From positions 949,622 through 1,013,621 of the forward strand of contig CAWBDE010000003.1 in NCBI GenBank assembly GCA_963787595.1: a stretch of 64,000 bases of DNA, read 5' to 3'. The position numbers and the translations under genes were made by a program. The stretch is from an uncultured Actinomycetota bacterium. Its GTDB lineage: Bacteria; Actinomycetota; Thermoleophilia; Solirubrobacterales; Solirubrobacteraceae. Positions within the stretch are counted from its first letter, which is position 1. Each line of letters begins with the position of its first letter. Below are positions 1-9,517 of the stretch, piece after piece. A model generated the notes under the pieces. It was not told the DNA's origin and ran no database searches. It saw only the letters and a list, made by a program, of their open reading frames with translations.

Positions 1-205
1 TCACCGCGGTGCTCGTCGGTTGCTTCGGTCTGGTGGCGCTGCGGCGCTTCCCGCTTCCCCGGCGGGGCCGCCCGGAGGCCGTCGCCGGGGCCTGACCAAG
101 ACAGCACGAGCCGGCCTCGCGGTGTGAATGGTGCGGTCGACTGCGGATCGATCCATTCCAGCCGCCAATGTAGGATCGCCGATGTCGATCAGAGGAGCGA
201 TGACG

Positions 206-772
206 ATGCGGCGAATCGTGGTGAGCGAGTTCGTGTCCCTGGATGGCGTGATCGAGGACCCGGGCGGCGCCGAGGGCAGCCGACACGGCGGCTGGTCGTT
301 TCAGTTCAACGACCCCGAAGGGATGAAGTACAAGCTCGACGAGGTCCTCGACCACGAGGCTCTCCTGCTCGGCCGGGTCACCTACGAGGGATTCGCTGCG
401 GCGTGGCCGGGGATGACCGATGACGTGGGCTTCGCCGACAAGATGAACCGGATGCCCAAATACGTGGTCTCCAACACGCTGGAGCAGGCTGACTGGAACA
501 ACTCGCGGATCCTCTCCGGCGACGCCATCGCGGCGATCGGCGCGCTCAAGCAGGCCGACGGGGGCGACGTCCTCGTGGCCGGCAGTGCCAGCCTGGTCCG
601 GGAGCTCATGGTCCACGAGCTGGTGGATGAGCTCCGGCTGATGGTGTTCCCGGTGGTCCTGGGCAGCGGCAAGCGGCTGTTCGCCGGCGAAGGCGACGCC
701 ATCGCCCTGCGGCTGGTGGACGTCAAGACCCTGCCCACGGGCACCGTGATCCTCACCTATCACCGACCGTGA
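206..772 (+). CDS. Dihydrofolate reductase-family protein (RibD C-terminal domain type)
   Basis: ORF 128..772. The conserved core starts MRRIVVSEFVSLDGVIEDPGG and continues through MNRMPKYVVSNTL, typical of the RibD_C/YwjB-like family. I set the start at the in-frame ATG just before MRRIVV. Confidence 0.8.
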   Translation: MRRIVVSEFVSLDGVIEDPGGAEGSRHGGWSFQFNDPEGMKYKLDEVLDHEALLLGRVTYEGFAAAWPGMTDDVGFADKMNRMPKYVVSNTLEQADWNNSRILSGDAIAAIGALKQADGGDVLVAGSASLVRELMVHELVDELRLMVFPVVLGSGKRLFAGEGDAIALRLVDVKTLPTGTVILTYHRP

Positions 773-869
773 GCGGGTGATCCTGAGTCCGTCGGACCAG
801 CAGTGACCGGCTTACCGTAGTCTCGCGGACCTGCCCGACCCGCCGAGCTTTGATCTGCAGAGCCACTCC

Positions 870-1703
870 GTGCACTCCGACGGAGCGCTCACCGCCGCAC
901 AGGTCGTGGCCACGGCAGCGGCCGCCGGGGTGAAGCTGCTGGCACTCTCCGACCATGACACCACCGAGGGCGTCGCCGAGGCGACCCAGGCCGCCGACCG
1001 GGCCGGCGTCGACCTGGTTGCGGCCACCGAGGTCAGCGCGATCTTCGACGGGCGCCAGGACCTGCACGTGCTCGGCTATCTGATCGATCCCGAGTCGCCC
1101 CGGCTGGTGTCGGCACTGGCGCAGTCGCGCGGCGACCGCAGACGGCGCGCTGCGGAGATGGTCGCCAAGCTATACGAGCTCGGCTTCGAGGTCGACGAGG
1201 CGGCGCTCGCCCAGCGGACCGAGCAGGGACAGACCGTAGGACGCCCGCACCTGGCCCAGGCGGTGGTGAGCCGGCCGGCCAACCATGACCGTCTGGCGGC
1301 GGCGGGGCTGCTCGATCCGACCGCGTTCCTGGTCGAGTATCTGATCGAGGGCCGTCCGGCGTTCGTTCCCCGCGCGGCTCCGACGGTGGAGGAGGCGATC
1401 GAGTTGATCCACACCGCCGGCGGTGTCGCGGTGTGGGCGCACCCGTTCTGGGATCTCGCTGAGCCGCCCGACGTGCTCGCCGCGCTCGATCGATTCCACG
1501 CCGCCGGACTCGACGGCGTCGAGGCCTTCTACACCACGCACACTGAGGATCAGACCCGGGTGCTGGCCGGCCGAGCCGCCGAGCTGGCAATCCTGACCAC
1601 CGGATCATCAGACTTTCACGGGCCCCAACACCACACCTTCTCCGCCTTCCGCGCCTTTCACACCTACGACCTGACCCCGGTTCTCGGGCCACTCGCCGGC
1701 TGA
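870..1703 (+). CDS. PHP-domain metal-dependent phosphoesterase (TrpH/YciV-like)
   Basis: Contains the HSxxSDG, LALSDHDT, GRPH, VAVWAHPF and SSDFHG motifs of the PHP family. The true start is probably upstream: the frame is open from 807 and FDLQSHS precedes the listed GTG. Confidence 0.8.
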   Translation: MHSDGALTAAQVVATAAAAGVKLLALSDHDTTEGVAEATQAADRAGVDLVAATEVSAIFDGRQDLHVLGYLIDPESPRLVSALAQSRGDRRRRAAEMVAKLYELGFEVDEAALAQRTEQGQTVGRPHLAQAVVSRPANHDRLAAAGLLDPTAFLVEYLIEGRPAFVPRAAPTVEEAIELIHTAGGVAVWAHPFWDLAEPPDVLAALDRFHAAGLDGVEAFYTTHTEDQTRVLAGRAAELAILTTGSSDFHGPQHHTFSAFRAFHTYDLTPVLGPLAG

Positions 1704-1814
1704 GGACGCCCGCGATCGCGGCCGGGCGATCCGGACGGCTCTCACCGGCGAGGGACCCAAGTCGTTCAGACGGCCGGGTTGGCTAGTGGGCCCAACCCGC
1801 TCGGACCCACTGGA

Positions 1815-2291
1815 TCACCGGGTTGCGCCGGCCCGCGGCGTGTGGGCGATCACGAACGTCCGCCGGGGCGCGGTGACGATGAGCACGCGCTGACCGGGCT
1901 TGACGCTCGCCAGCGTGGCCGGCTGACGCTGGTCACGAACGATCGCGCCCGCCGGGATGGTCAGCGTCACCGTCTTGTAGCTGGCGCGGCGGGTTCCTTC
2001 GGTGATCGTGAGCTGCCGCCCGTTGACCGTATCGACCCGGCCGCGTTCGAAGCTGAGGTTGGCAAAGCCCTGACGCGTGTGCAGCACGACGCTGCCGCTG
2101 ACCGCGCGGGCGGCGAGCCGCCGCAGTCCGGCTCGGCCACCGCGACGCGCGTCGGCTCGATGCCCGGCGTTGGCCTGACCCGACCGGCTGGTGGCAGCGC
2201 CGGCGGTGGCGATCGCGCTGATGCCGGCGCCCACCGCGACGCAGCAGACCGCCAGCAGCAGCCCTCGAGAATGCTTTCGGATGTAGGACAT
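1815..2291 (-). CDS. Secreted or membrane-anchored hypothetical protein
   Basis: 158 aa with an N-terminal signal/TM segment (LLLAVCCVAVGAGISAIATAGA) followed by a beta-rich body. It is divergent from the response-regulator gene. The overlapping plus-frame ORF 1779..2423 has no recognisable content. Confidence 0.55.
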   Translation of the reverse strand: MSYIRKHSRGLLLAVCCVAVGAGISAIATAGAATSRSGQANAGHRADARRGGRAGLRRLAARAVSGSVVLHTRQGFANLSFERGRVDTVNGRQLTITEGTRRASYKTVTLTIPAGAIVRDQRQPATLASVKPGQRVLIVTAPRRTFVIAHTPRAGATR

Positions 2292-2423
2292 GACTTTCAG
2301 ACCTCGCTTGTCGTTTGCGTTCCCGGCCGGCTTTCAATCTGCCCCGTCAGGGAAAGCCGCCGGTCAGCACTAGGTCAGCTGCGTGTAAAACCGCCGGCAG
2401 CCCGCCGCCGGGGCACGCCTACG

Positions 2424-3110
2424 ATGTCGGCCATGCCCGCGACGGTGATGGTGGTCGAGGACGAGCCCAATATTGGGGCCCTGGTGCGCACCTACCTGGA
2501 GCGCTCGGGCTACCACGCGCTCTGGGTCCGGTCCGGCGAAGAGGCCCTGGTGGAGCTGCACCGCCATCCGATCCGGCTGGTCGTCCTGGATATCGGCCTG
2601 CCCGGGATCGACGGGTTCGAGGTGTGCCGGCGGATCGCCGGCGAGGTGCCCGTGATCATGCTCACCGCCCGCGACGAGGAACCCGACCGCGTAGCCGGCC
2701 TGGAGGTGGGGGCCGACGACTATGTCGCCAAGCCGTTTTCGCCCCGCGAGCTGACCGCGCGGGTCAAGGCGGTTCTGCGCCGGGCGGGCAGCGGCGCCTG
2801 GGGCGCCGACAACCAGGACGTCCTCTCGGTCGGTCCGGTGATCATGGCGCGCGGCGCTCGCGAGGTGCGCGTCGACGAGCGGGCGGTGGAGCTGACGCAA
2901 CGGGAGTTCGACCTGCTGGAGTACCTGCTTCGCCATGCCGGGCAGGTGGTCACGCGGGATCAGCTGCTGGAATCGGTGTGGGGGTTTCGGTCTCCCGGGC
3001 AGACGCGCACGGTCGAGGTGCACGTGGCTCAGCTGCGCAAGAAGCTCGGCCACGCCGACGTGATCAGGACCGTGCGCGGCCTGGGCTACAAGGCGAGCGC
3101 AGCCGGATGA
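2424..3110 (+). CDS. OmpR-family two-component response regulator
   Basis: Receiver domain (VMVVEDEPNIG, LVVLDIGLPGIDG, KPF) plus a winged-helix C-terminus (LTQREFDLLEYL, TVEVHVAQLRKKL, IRTVRGLGY). Start set at the ATG of MSAMPATVMVVEDE. Confidence 0.9.
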   Translation: MSAMPATVMVVEDEPNIGALVRTYLERSGYHALWVRSGEEALVELHRHPIRLVVLDIGLPGIDGFEVCRRIAGEVPVIMLTARDEEPDRVAGLEVGADDYVAKPFSPRELTARVKAVLRRAGSGAWGADNQDVLSVGPVIMARGAREVRVDERAVELTQREFDLLEYLLRHAGQVVTRDQLLESVWGFRSPGQTRTVEVHVAQLRKKLGHADVIRTVRGLGYKASAAG

Positions 3111-3291
3111 CTAGCGCCGCCGACTCACAGGCGAGCCAGCCGGAGGAACCGGATCTGACCCACCCTGCCCATTCAGGCAGCTGGACGACTCGGGCGCGGC
3201 CCGGATCGGCGAGGCAGGATGCCGAGCGGGCCGCTGGCCCGAGCGGATGCCGAGCGGGCAGCAAGCCCGCGGGTGAGCGGAGGCGACCAGC

Positions 3292-4626
3292 GTGAGCCTG
3301 CAGCGCCGGGTGCTCGGTTACCTGGCGCTCGCGGCCATCGCCTCGTGCGCGCTGACGGTGGCGGTGGCGGTGATCCTCGTGCGCCATCGCATCTCCACCC
3401 AGCGGATGAGCGCGCTGGCGGCGCAGGCCGAGCTCGTCGCCGCGGCGGGCGGCGCCCCCGGCGCGCTGAATGCCGGTGAGCACGTCTACCGCGTCGGGTC
3501 GGGCCGACCCATCCGGGTCCGGCCTCGGGTTGCCGCCGCGGTGCTCGCGGCGCTCCCGCGGGGCGGCGACGGTCAGGGGTCGATCACGGTGCGCGGTCGC
3601 TCTGTGCTCTATGCCGCGCGCACCACGTTCTCCGGGCGCGTCGTGCTGATTCGAAGCGCCCGACTGGCGTTTGCCGAATGGCGCCCGTTCCTGACCAGCC
3701 TCGTCCTCGCCGGACTCGGTGGCGCCGTCCTCGCCCTGCTGCTGTCGTTTCTGCTGGCGCGACGGCTGACGGCGCCGATCGCCGATCTGGCAAACGCCAC
3801 CCGGCGGCTGGCCGCGGGCGAGCCCGAAGTGGGGGTGCCGGTTACCGGGGAGGACGAGCTCGCCCGGCTCGGCCGCTCGTTCAACGCCATGTCAACGGAG
3901 CTGGCGCGCGCCCGCGAATCCCAGCGGAGCTTCCTGGAATCGGTGAGCCACGAGCTCAAGACGCCGTTGACCTCGATCCGAGGCTACGCCGAGGCGGTGG
4001 AGGAGCACGCGGTGTCGCCGGACGAGGGCGGCCGGGTCATCGCCGCCGAGTCCGACCGCCTGGAGCGGTTGGTCGCCGACCTGCTGGACCTCGCCCGGCT
4101 GGACCGGGCCGGGTTCACCGTTGAGCACCGACCGATCGACCTCGGGACGGTCGCGGCCACGGCGGTGGAGCGGCATCTGCCCCGCGCGCGCGAGCTCGGC
4201 GTGGAGCTGACCAGCGTGCACGAAGACAGGTCTCAGGGCGTCGGCGATGAGGGGCGCCTGCTGCAGGCCACCTCGAACCTGATCGAGAACGCGTTGCGGC
4301 TCACGCCGTCCGGGGGATCGGTGCAGGTGCACGCTCGTCCGGCGGCGATCGCGGTCAGCGATACGGGGCCGGGGCTGGCCACCGACGATCTCGCCCACGC
4401 CTTCGATCGCTTCTACCTCTACGACCGCTATCGCAGCGAGCGCGCCGTCGGATCCGGGCTGGGGCTGGCCATCGTCAAGGAGCTGGCGACGGCGATGGGC
4501 GGCGACGTCCAGGCCGCGGGCCGTCCCGGCGGCGGCGCGGAGTTCACGATCCGGGTCCCGGCGGCGACCGAGACATCGACCGGCGTCGGCGGTGATGGCC
4601 GTCGCGGCGCCGGCGCCGACCGCTGA
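3292..4626 (+). CDS. Sensor histidine kinase (TM-HAMP-HisKA-HATPase)
   Basis: N-terminal TM segments, a HAMP linker (RRLTAPIADLANATRRLAAGE), an H-box (SFLESVSHELKTPLTSIRGY), an N-box (NLIENALRLTP) and G-boxes (DTGPGL, GSGLGLAIV). Confidence 0.9.
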   Translation: MSLQRRVLGYLALAAIASCALTVAVAVILVRHRISTQRMSALAAQAELVAAAGGAPGALNAGEHVYRVGSGRPIRVRPRVAAAVLAALPRGGDGQGSITVRGRSVLYAARTTFSGRVVLIRSARLAFAEWRPFLTSLVLAGLGGAVLALLLSFLLARRLTAPIADLANATRRLAAGEPEVGVPVTGEDELARLGRSFNAMSTELARARESQRSFLESVSHELKTPLTSIRGYAEAVEEHAVSPDEGGRVIAAESDRLERLVADLLDLARLDRAGFTVEHRPIDLGTVAATAVERHLPRARELGVELTSVHEDRSQGVGDEGRLLQATSNLIENALRLTPSGGSVQVHARPAAIAVSDTGPGLATDDLAHAFDRFYLYDRYRSERAVGSGLGLAIVKELATAMGGDVQAAGRPGGGAEFTIRVPAATETSTGVGGDGRRGAGADR

Positions 4627-4627
4627 G

Positions 4628-4746
4628 CCTCAGGTGCGCGCCGGGCGCTCCTCAGGCGAGCGCCGGGCGCTCCTCAGGCGAGCGCCGGGCGCTCCTCAGG
4701 CGACCGCCGGGCGCTCCTCACGCGAGCCGGGCGCTCCTCAGGCGGG
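4628..4746. repeat. Tandem repeat, 22-bp unit x ~5 (cgccgggcgctcctcaggcgag), each unit an imperfect palindrome
   Basis: Read directly. Units lie at 4639-4660, 4661-4682, 4683-4704 and 4705-4726, with a shortened unit from 4727 to ~4746. Each contains gagcgcc-g-ggcgctc (7-bp arms). The array fills the convergent gap between the kinase stop (4624-4626) and the sigH stop (4738-4740). Confidence 0.9.
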
Positions 4747-5388
4747 CACCGCGCGCTGGGATAGGTGCGTCCCGACCTTGCGCTTGACCCGCTGCAGCGC
4801 GTTGTCGACCGTCTTGCAATCGCACTCCAGCCGGCGGCCGACCTCCTCGTAGGAGTGGCCGTCCAGGTACAACGCCAGCACGCGTGACTCCAGCTCCGAC
4901 AGCGCGGTCGAGATGCATGCCACCAGCGCCCGCAGCTCCTCGCTGGAGATCACCTGGTTGACCGGATCGTGCACGGTCGATCCGGGCAGGACCTCATCGA
5001 GCGTCGGTTCGCTCTCACCGCTGACGCCGGCCGGCGTGCTGGAGAAGGAGACGTACTGGTTCAGCGGCGTGTGCTTGTTGCGGGTGGCGGTTTTCACGGC
5101 GGTGATGATCTGGCGGGTGATGCACAGCTCGGCGAAGTTGCGGAAGCTGGATTCGCGGTCGGTGCGGTAGTCGCGCACCGCCTTGTAGAGGCCGACCAGG
5201 CCCTCTTGGATCAAATCGTCGGCGTCCCCGCCGACGAGAAAGTACGACGACGCCTTCAGCCGCACGAATCCGTAGTAGCGGCGCACGATCCGGTCATAGG
5301 CGTCGGCATGGCCCTGCTTGGCCAACGCGATCAAATACCCATCCTCAACACGTGGTTGAGCCTGAGAGTTTGCAGAGATTCGAGCCAC
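4738..5388 (-). CDS. sigH: RNA polymerase sigma factor, Firmicute SigH (Spo0H)-type
   Basis: Collinear similarity to the B. subtilis SigH sequence as I recall it: YYGFVRLKASSYFLVGGDADDLIQEGLVGLYKAVRDY, SFRNFAELCITRQIITAVKTATRNKHTPLN, LYLDGHSYEEVGRRL, KTVDNALQRVKRK. Start chosen at GTG 5388, which is preceded by GGGAAAGG at SD distance. That gives 216 aa, the normal SigH size. Confidence 0.85.
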   Translation of the reverse strand: MARISANSQAQPRVEDGYLIALAKQGHADAYDRIVRRYYGFVRLKASSYFLVGGDADDLIQEGLVGLYKAVRDYRTDRESSFRNFAELCITRQIITAVKTATRNKHTPLNQYVSFSSTPAGVSGESEPTLDEVLPGSTVHDPVNQVISSEELRALVACISTALSELESRVLALYLDGHSYEEVGRRLECDCKTVDNALQRVKRKVGTHLSQRAVPA

Positions 5389-5670
5389 GAAACCAACCTT
5401 TCCCGCTGCCGCGAAGCGGCAGTTCGGATTGTCGTGGCGCGCTACCTCCCCTGGCGCCGCACCGTACATAGCCTTCCCAGAAACCGGGCCGATCTGCAAC
5501 CCGGCCTTCCTACAGGATCCCTAAAGCTGTAGTTGATCCTTATTCGGCGGCGAGCTTTACATAGCCGATGGCTTGTGTCAAGGGGTCCGACGCGTTATGC
5601 AAAGCGGCTTGCGGCGTGGCGGGGGTCACCGACCGGGCGGCGTGGCGGCCGCCCACGACCGCTGTGCGGA

Positions 5671-7056
5671 TCAGCCGGGGCCGCTGCGGGAACCGGCCAA
5701 GGGCAGCAGCTCGGGCCCATCGGGGCCGTCCCGGACCTCCCAGCCCCGCTCCCTGAGCTCGTTGCGGAGACGGTCGGCCGCTGCCCAGTCACGGACCTGC
5801 CGGGCGTCTTCGCGCGCCTCGGCAAGCGCGACGACCTCGCTGGGCAGCGGCACGGACGACGACTCCATCAGGCTCGCCAGGCCGAGCAGGTCGAGCATCT
5901 CGCGCAGGTCGTCGCCGCCCACAGTGCCCGCGGCGCTCCGGTTGGCCTCGCGCTCCCACTCCGCCACGATCGCCAGCGCCTGGGGGGTGTTGAAGTCGTT
6001 GGCCAGCGCATCGAGGAACCGCTCGCGCAGCGGGCGCGACCACTCCGGGCTGGGGCCTTCGCACAGCGCGCGCGCCGTGTTCCTGATCCCCGCCGCCCGC
6101 TCGCGCGCCTGCACCAGACGATCCTCGTCGTATTCCACCGGCTTGCGGTAGTGGGCCGCGACGAAGTACATCAACAGCGCCTCGGGGCCGTGGCGCTGAA
6201 GTGCCTCACTCAGCATGAACACGTTCCCGACCGACTTGGACATCTTCTCGCTGTCAAGACTCACCATCCCGACATGGACCCACAGCTTCGTCAGCGGGCT
6301 CCCGCGGGCTGCCCGAGTCTGAGCGGCCTCGTTCTCGTGGTGGGGAAAGATGAGGTCTGACCCGCCACCATGGATCTCGAACCCGACCCCGAGCAGCTCC
6401 TCGGCCATCGCCGAGCATTCGATGTGCCAGCCGGGGCGTCCGGGCCCCCACGGCGACTCCCAGAAGGTGTCCTCGGTCTCCTTATGGCCCTTCCAGAGCG
6501 CGAAATCCACGGGATCACGCTTGCGCGCGGTCCCCTCGCCTTCCTCCCCCTGGTCCATCTCGTCGAGATTCCGGTGAGAAAGCTCTCCGTACCTCGGATA
6601 GGAGCGGACGGCGAAGTAGACGTCGCCATCGGCAGCGTACGCATGACCCTGCTCCACCAGCTCGGCGATCAGCCGCTCGATTCCGGGGATCGTCTCGCTC
6701 GCCAGCGGCTCGCGATCGGGTCGGCCGAGCCCGAACCCGGCCGTGTCGGCCTTGTACGCGGCGGTCATCTGCTCGGCCAGCTCGGCGCTGGGAACGCCCG
6801 CCTGGCGAGCGGCGACGTAGATCTTGTCGTTGATGTCGGTGATGTTGGCGACGAAGGTCGTGTCGTAGCCCTCGTGGGCCAGGAAGCGCTTGAGCAGCGA
6901 GAACACCACGAACGGACGGGCGTTGCCGACGTGGACCCGCCCGTAGACGGTGGGCCCACACGCGTAGATCCGCACCCGCCCCCGGGAATCGGGGACGACC
7001 TCCCGGAGCTCGCCGCTGAGCGTGTCGTGAAGCCTGACGGTGCGCAAGTGGGGCAA
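5671..7056 (-). CDS. cysS: Cysteine--tRNA ligase
   Basis: Class I aaRS HIGH-type motif (GRVHVGNARPF), the KMSKS motif (KMSKSVGN) and WHIECSAM. The start may be a few codons downstream (VRLHDTL). Confidence 0.95.
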   Translation of the reverse strand: MPHLRTVRLHDTLSGELREVVPDSRGRVRIYACGPTVYGRVHVGNARPFVVFSLLKRFLAHEGYDTTFVANITDINDKIYVAARQAGVPSAELAEQMTAAYKADTAGFGLGRPDREPLASETIPGIERLIAELVEQGHAYAADGDVYFAVRSYPRYGELSHRNLDEMDQGEEGEGTARKRDPVDFALWKGHKETEDTFWESPWGPGRPGWHIECSAMAEELLGVGFEIHGGGSDLIFPHHENEAAQTRAARGSPLTKLWVHVGMVSLDSEKMSKSVGNVFMLSEALQRHGPEALLMYFVAAHYRKPVEYDEDRLVQARERAAGIRNTARALCEGPSPEWSRPLRERFLDALANDFNTPQALAIVAEWEREANRSAAGTVGGDDLREMLDLLGLASLMESSSVPLPSEVVALAEAREDARQVRDWAAADRLRNELRERGWEVRDGPDGPELLPLAGSRSGPG

Positions 7057-7089
7057 CCCTAGCGCTGGGGCCCCGGCTCAGTGAGCCGC

Positions 7090-8214
7090 TCAGGTTGCCG
7101 CGGGCAAGCTGAACCGCACTCGGGTTCCCCGCTGGCTGTCGGCCAGCCAGATGCGGCCGCCGTGGGCCTCCACGATCGCCCGGGCAACCGCCAGGCCCAG
7201 ACCTGCGCCGCCGCCGGTGCGCGAGGCCTGGGTGCCCCCTTGGTAGAACGCGGTGAAGACCTGCTCGCGCTCCGCGGGGGCGATCCCGTCGCCGGTGTCG
7301 ACTATCTCCACCTCGATCCCGGCGGCGACCGGCTCGGCGCGCACCATCACGCTGCCATCGCCGGGCGTGTGGCGGATCGCGTTCTGGATCAGGTTGAACA
7401 TCACCCGCTGGATCTTCTCCGGGTTGGCCCGCGCCGGCGCCAGGGTGTCGGAGACGCTGGCCGTCACGGCGACCCCCTTGGCCTCCGCCTCCAGGCGCAT
7501 CGCTTCGACCGTCTCGCCGACGAGCTCGCCCAGCTGGACTCGCTCCAGTGACCAGCTGATGTCCCCCGCCTCCAGGCGCGAGAGCTCGAACAGATCGTCG
7601 ATCAGGGCGCTCAGTCCGTCGATATGAGTGCGCATCCGCGCGAGATACACCTGCCGGAGCTCGCCGTCGACGATGTCGTCGCTCACCGCCTCGGCGAGCA
7701 GGCGCAGCGAGGTGATCGGAGTTCGCAGATCGTGGGAGACGGCGGCGACGAGGTGGCGGCGGGCCGAATCGGACTGATCCTTGGCCAGCGCCTGGGCCCG
7801 CAGGTCATCGATCATCGCGTTGGCGGCGCCCGCCAGCTGCGCCAGCTCGTCGCGGGCGTCGGTCTCGATGCGCACATCGGTCTCGCCCCGTCCGACAGCG
7901 ATCAGCCCATCCCGGATCGCCCCCACGTCCCGGATGATCCCGCCGGCGATCAGCCGCGCTCCCAGGAAGGCCAGGATGCCGGCCGCGACCACGATCGCGG
8001 CCACCAGCAGTGCCGCATGCCCGGACACGATCATCAGCAGCGACACGACCACCAGGGCGACCAGCACCGGGGCGACACCGATTGCGACCACGACCGCCAG
8101 CTGACGTGACACCGAGCCGGCGCTGGAGCGGACCCGGCCGACCACGGTGGGCCGGCCCGGTCTTGCGGCGGTCGCGCGCTCGGGTCCGGCCGGTCCGGGA
8201 CGCCGGCGCCTCAT
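7090..8214 (-). CDS. Sensor histidine kinase (TM-HAMP-HisKA-HATPase)
   Basis: H-box VAAVSHDLRTPITSL, N-box FNLIQNAIRHTP, DTGDGI and GAGLGLAVA. Start set at the ATG that forms an ATGA overlap with the upstream regulator stop (8211-8214). Confidence 0.9.
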   Translation of the reverse strand: MRRRRPGPAGPERATAARPGRPTVVGRVRSSAGSVSRQLAVVVAIGVAPVLVALVVVSLLMIVSGHAALLVAAIVVAAGILAFLGARLIAGGIIRDVGAIRDGLIAVGRGETDVRIETDARDELAQLAGAANAMIDDLRAQALAKDQSDSARRHLVAAVSHDLRTPITSLRLLAEAVSDDIVDGELRQVYLARMRTHIDGLSALIDDLFELSRLEAGDISWSLERVQLGELVGETVEAMRLEAEAKGVAVTASVSDTLAPARANPEKIQRVMFNLIQNAIRHTPGDGSVMVRAEPVAAGIEVEIVDTGDGIAPAEREQVFTAFYQGGTQASRTGGGAGLGLAVARAIVEAHGGRIWLADSQRGTRVRFSLPAAT

Positions 8215-8909
8215 GGGGCGAAACGGTACCCGACGCCCCACACCGTCTGGATGTGCCGCGGCTGTCCGGGATCGGTCTCGATCTTGGAGCGAAGCCGACG
8301 AATGTGAACCGTGACCGTCGAGGTGTCGGTGTAGAAGGAGTACTGCCAGATCGCGTCCATCAGCTGGTTGCGGGAGAACGCCTGACCGGGATGACGCGCC
8401 AGGAAGAGGAGCACGTCGAACTCGCGCTGGGTCAGCGTCGCCTCTTCGCCCCGAACGAACACCTGACGCGCCCCTGGGTCGATCATCATGTCGCTGAGCT
8501 CGATCGGCGCCTCGTGGGTGGGCGCGGTCTCCACCCGGCGCAGCACCGCATCTACGCGGGCGACCAGCTCCGCCGGCGAGAACGGCTTGACCACGTAGTC
8601 GTCGGCGCCGAGGCGCAGGCCGATGACCCGATCGGACTCTTCGCCCTTTGCCGTCAGCAGGATCAGGCCGATCCGCTCACGCTCCGGCGAGCGCAGCCGG
8701 CGCATGACCTCGAGCCCGTCGATCCCGGGCAGCATCAGGTCGAGCACCACCAGATCCGGGCGCTCGCAATCCACCATCTCCAGCGCGTGAGCACCGTCCC
8801 CGGCGACCCGGGTATCGTAGCCGGCACGCTCGAGATAGCGCGAAACCACCTCGGCGATCGTGGGCTCGTCGTCGACGACCAGGACCGAACCCCGGGAGTG
8901 AGCCTCCAT
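8211..8909 (-). CDS. OmpR-family two-component response regulator
   Basis: VLVVDDEPTIAEV, LVVLDLMLPGIDG and KPF, plus the winged helix LTQREFDVLLFL and IQTVWGVGYRF. Start set at MEAHSRGS. Confidence 0.9.
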   Translation of the reverse strand: MEAHSRGSVLVVDDEPTIAEVVSRYLERAGYDTRVAGDGAHALEMVDCERPDLVVLDLMLPGIDGLEVMRRLRSPERERIGLILLTAKGEESDRVIGLRLGADDYVVKPFSPAELVARVDAVLRRVETAPTHEAPIELSDMMIDPGARQVFVRGEEATLTQREFDVLLFLARHPGQAFSRNQLMDAIWQYSFYTDTSTVTVHIRRLRSKIETDPGQPRHIQTVWGVGYRFAP

Positions 8910-9004
8910 CTCGCTGATTGTGGCAGCCCGCCTCGCCCATCCACCGGACCGCATGGCGATTTCACCCGCTGTTCACTTCCGCTGGGTGAGGGAACGTCCG
9001 GAGG

Positions 9005-9517
9005 TTATCTGACGTTCTGGCGAGCGCCAGCTCCGTCACCTAATGGACGCTCCCGAACGGTCGCCACCGCCAGCGCGGCGACTCCTTCCTCGCGGCCCAC
9101 GAAGCCCATCCCCTCGCCTCGAGTCGCCTTCACACTGACGTGCGCAACCTCGAGTCCCAACGCCCCGGCGAGCGCGGCTCGCATCGAATCGCGGACCGGG
9201 GCGAGCCTGGGGCGCTCGATCATCACCGTCGCGTCCACGTGGGCGGTGACGAATCCGGCGCGCGCGAGCAGGTCGACCGTCGCCCGCAGCAGATCGAGCG
9301 AATCGGCGTCGCGGTAACGCTCGTCGGTGTCGGGGAAGTGCTGTCCGATGTCACCCAGCGCGCACGCTCCCAGCATCGCGTCGATCACCGCGTGGGTCAG
9401 GACGTCAGCGTCCGAGTGGCCCGCCAAGCCACGCTCGTGCGCCAGAACCACGCCTCCGAGGACGAGCCGGCGCCCCTCCGCCAGGCGATGGCAGTCGTAG
9501 CCGATCCCCGTGGTCAC
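9005..9517 (-). CDS. ispF: 2-C-methyl-D-erythritol 2,4-cyclodiphosphate synthase
   Basis: GIGYDCHRL, GHSDADVLTHAVIDAMLGA and GDIGQHFPD are canonical IspF motifs. The start is a GTG. Confidence 0.95.
   Translation of the reverse strand: MTTGIGYDCHRLAEGRRLVLGGVVLAHERGLAGHSDADVLTHAVIDAMLGACALGDIGQHFPDTDERYRDADSLDLLRATVDLLARAGFVTAHVDATVMIERPRLAPVRDSMRAALAGALGLEVAHVSVKATRGEGMGFVGREEGVAALAVATVRERPLGDGAGARQNVR

Noticed and set aside
2315-3295. 326-aa plus-strand ORF overlapping the response regulator in another frame.
   Set aside because: Its Arg/Gly/Pro-rich translation has no motifs, whereas the overlapping frame encodes a complete OmpR-type regulator.
4628-4746. Possibility that the tandem arrays (here and at 28982-29092 and 38134-38275) are CRISPR arrays.
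   Set aside because: The units are directly abutting, with no unique spacers. They are 17-37 bp long, overlap coding termini, and no cas genes are present.
7057-7089. Search for T-box or other aaRS leaders upstream of cysS and lysS.
   Set aside because: cysS starts 33 nt after the kinase stop, and lysS starts 27 nt after greA. There is no room for a leader RNA, so both appear co-transcribed with the upstream genes.
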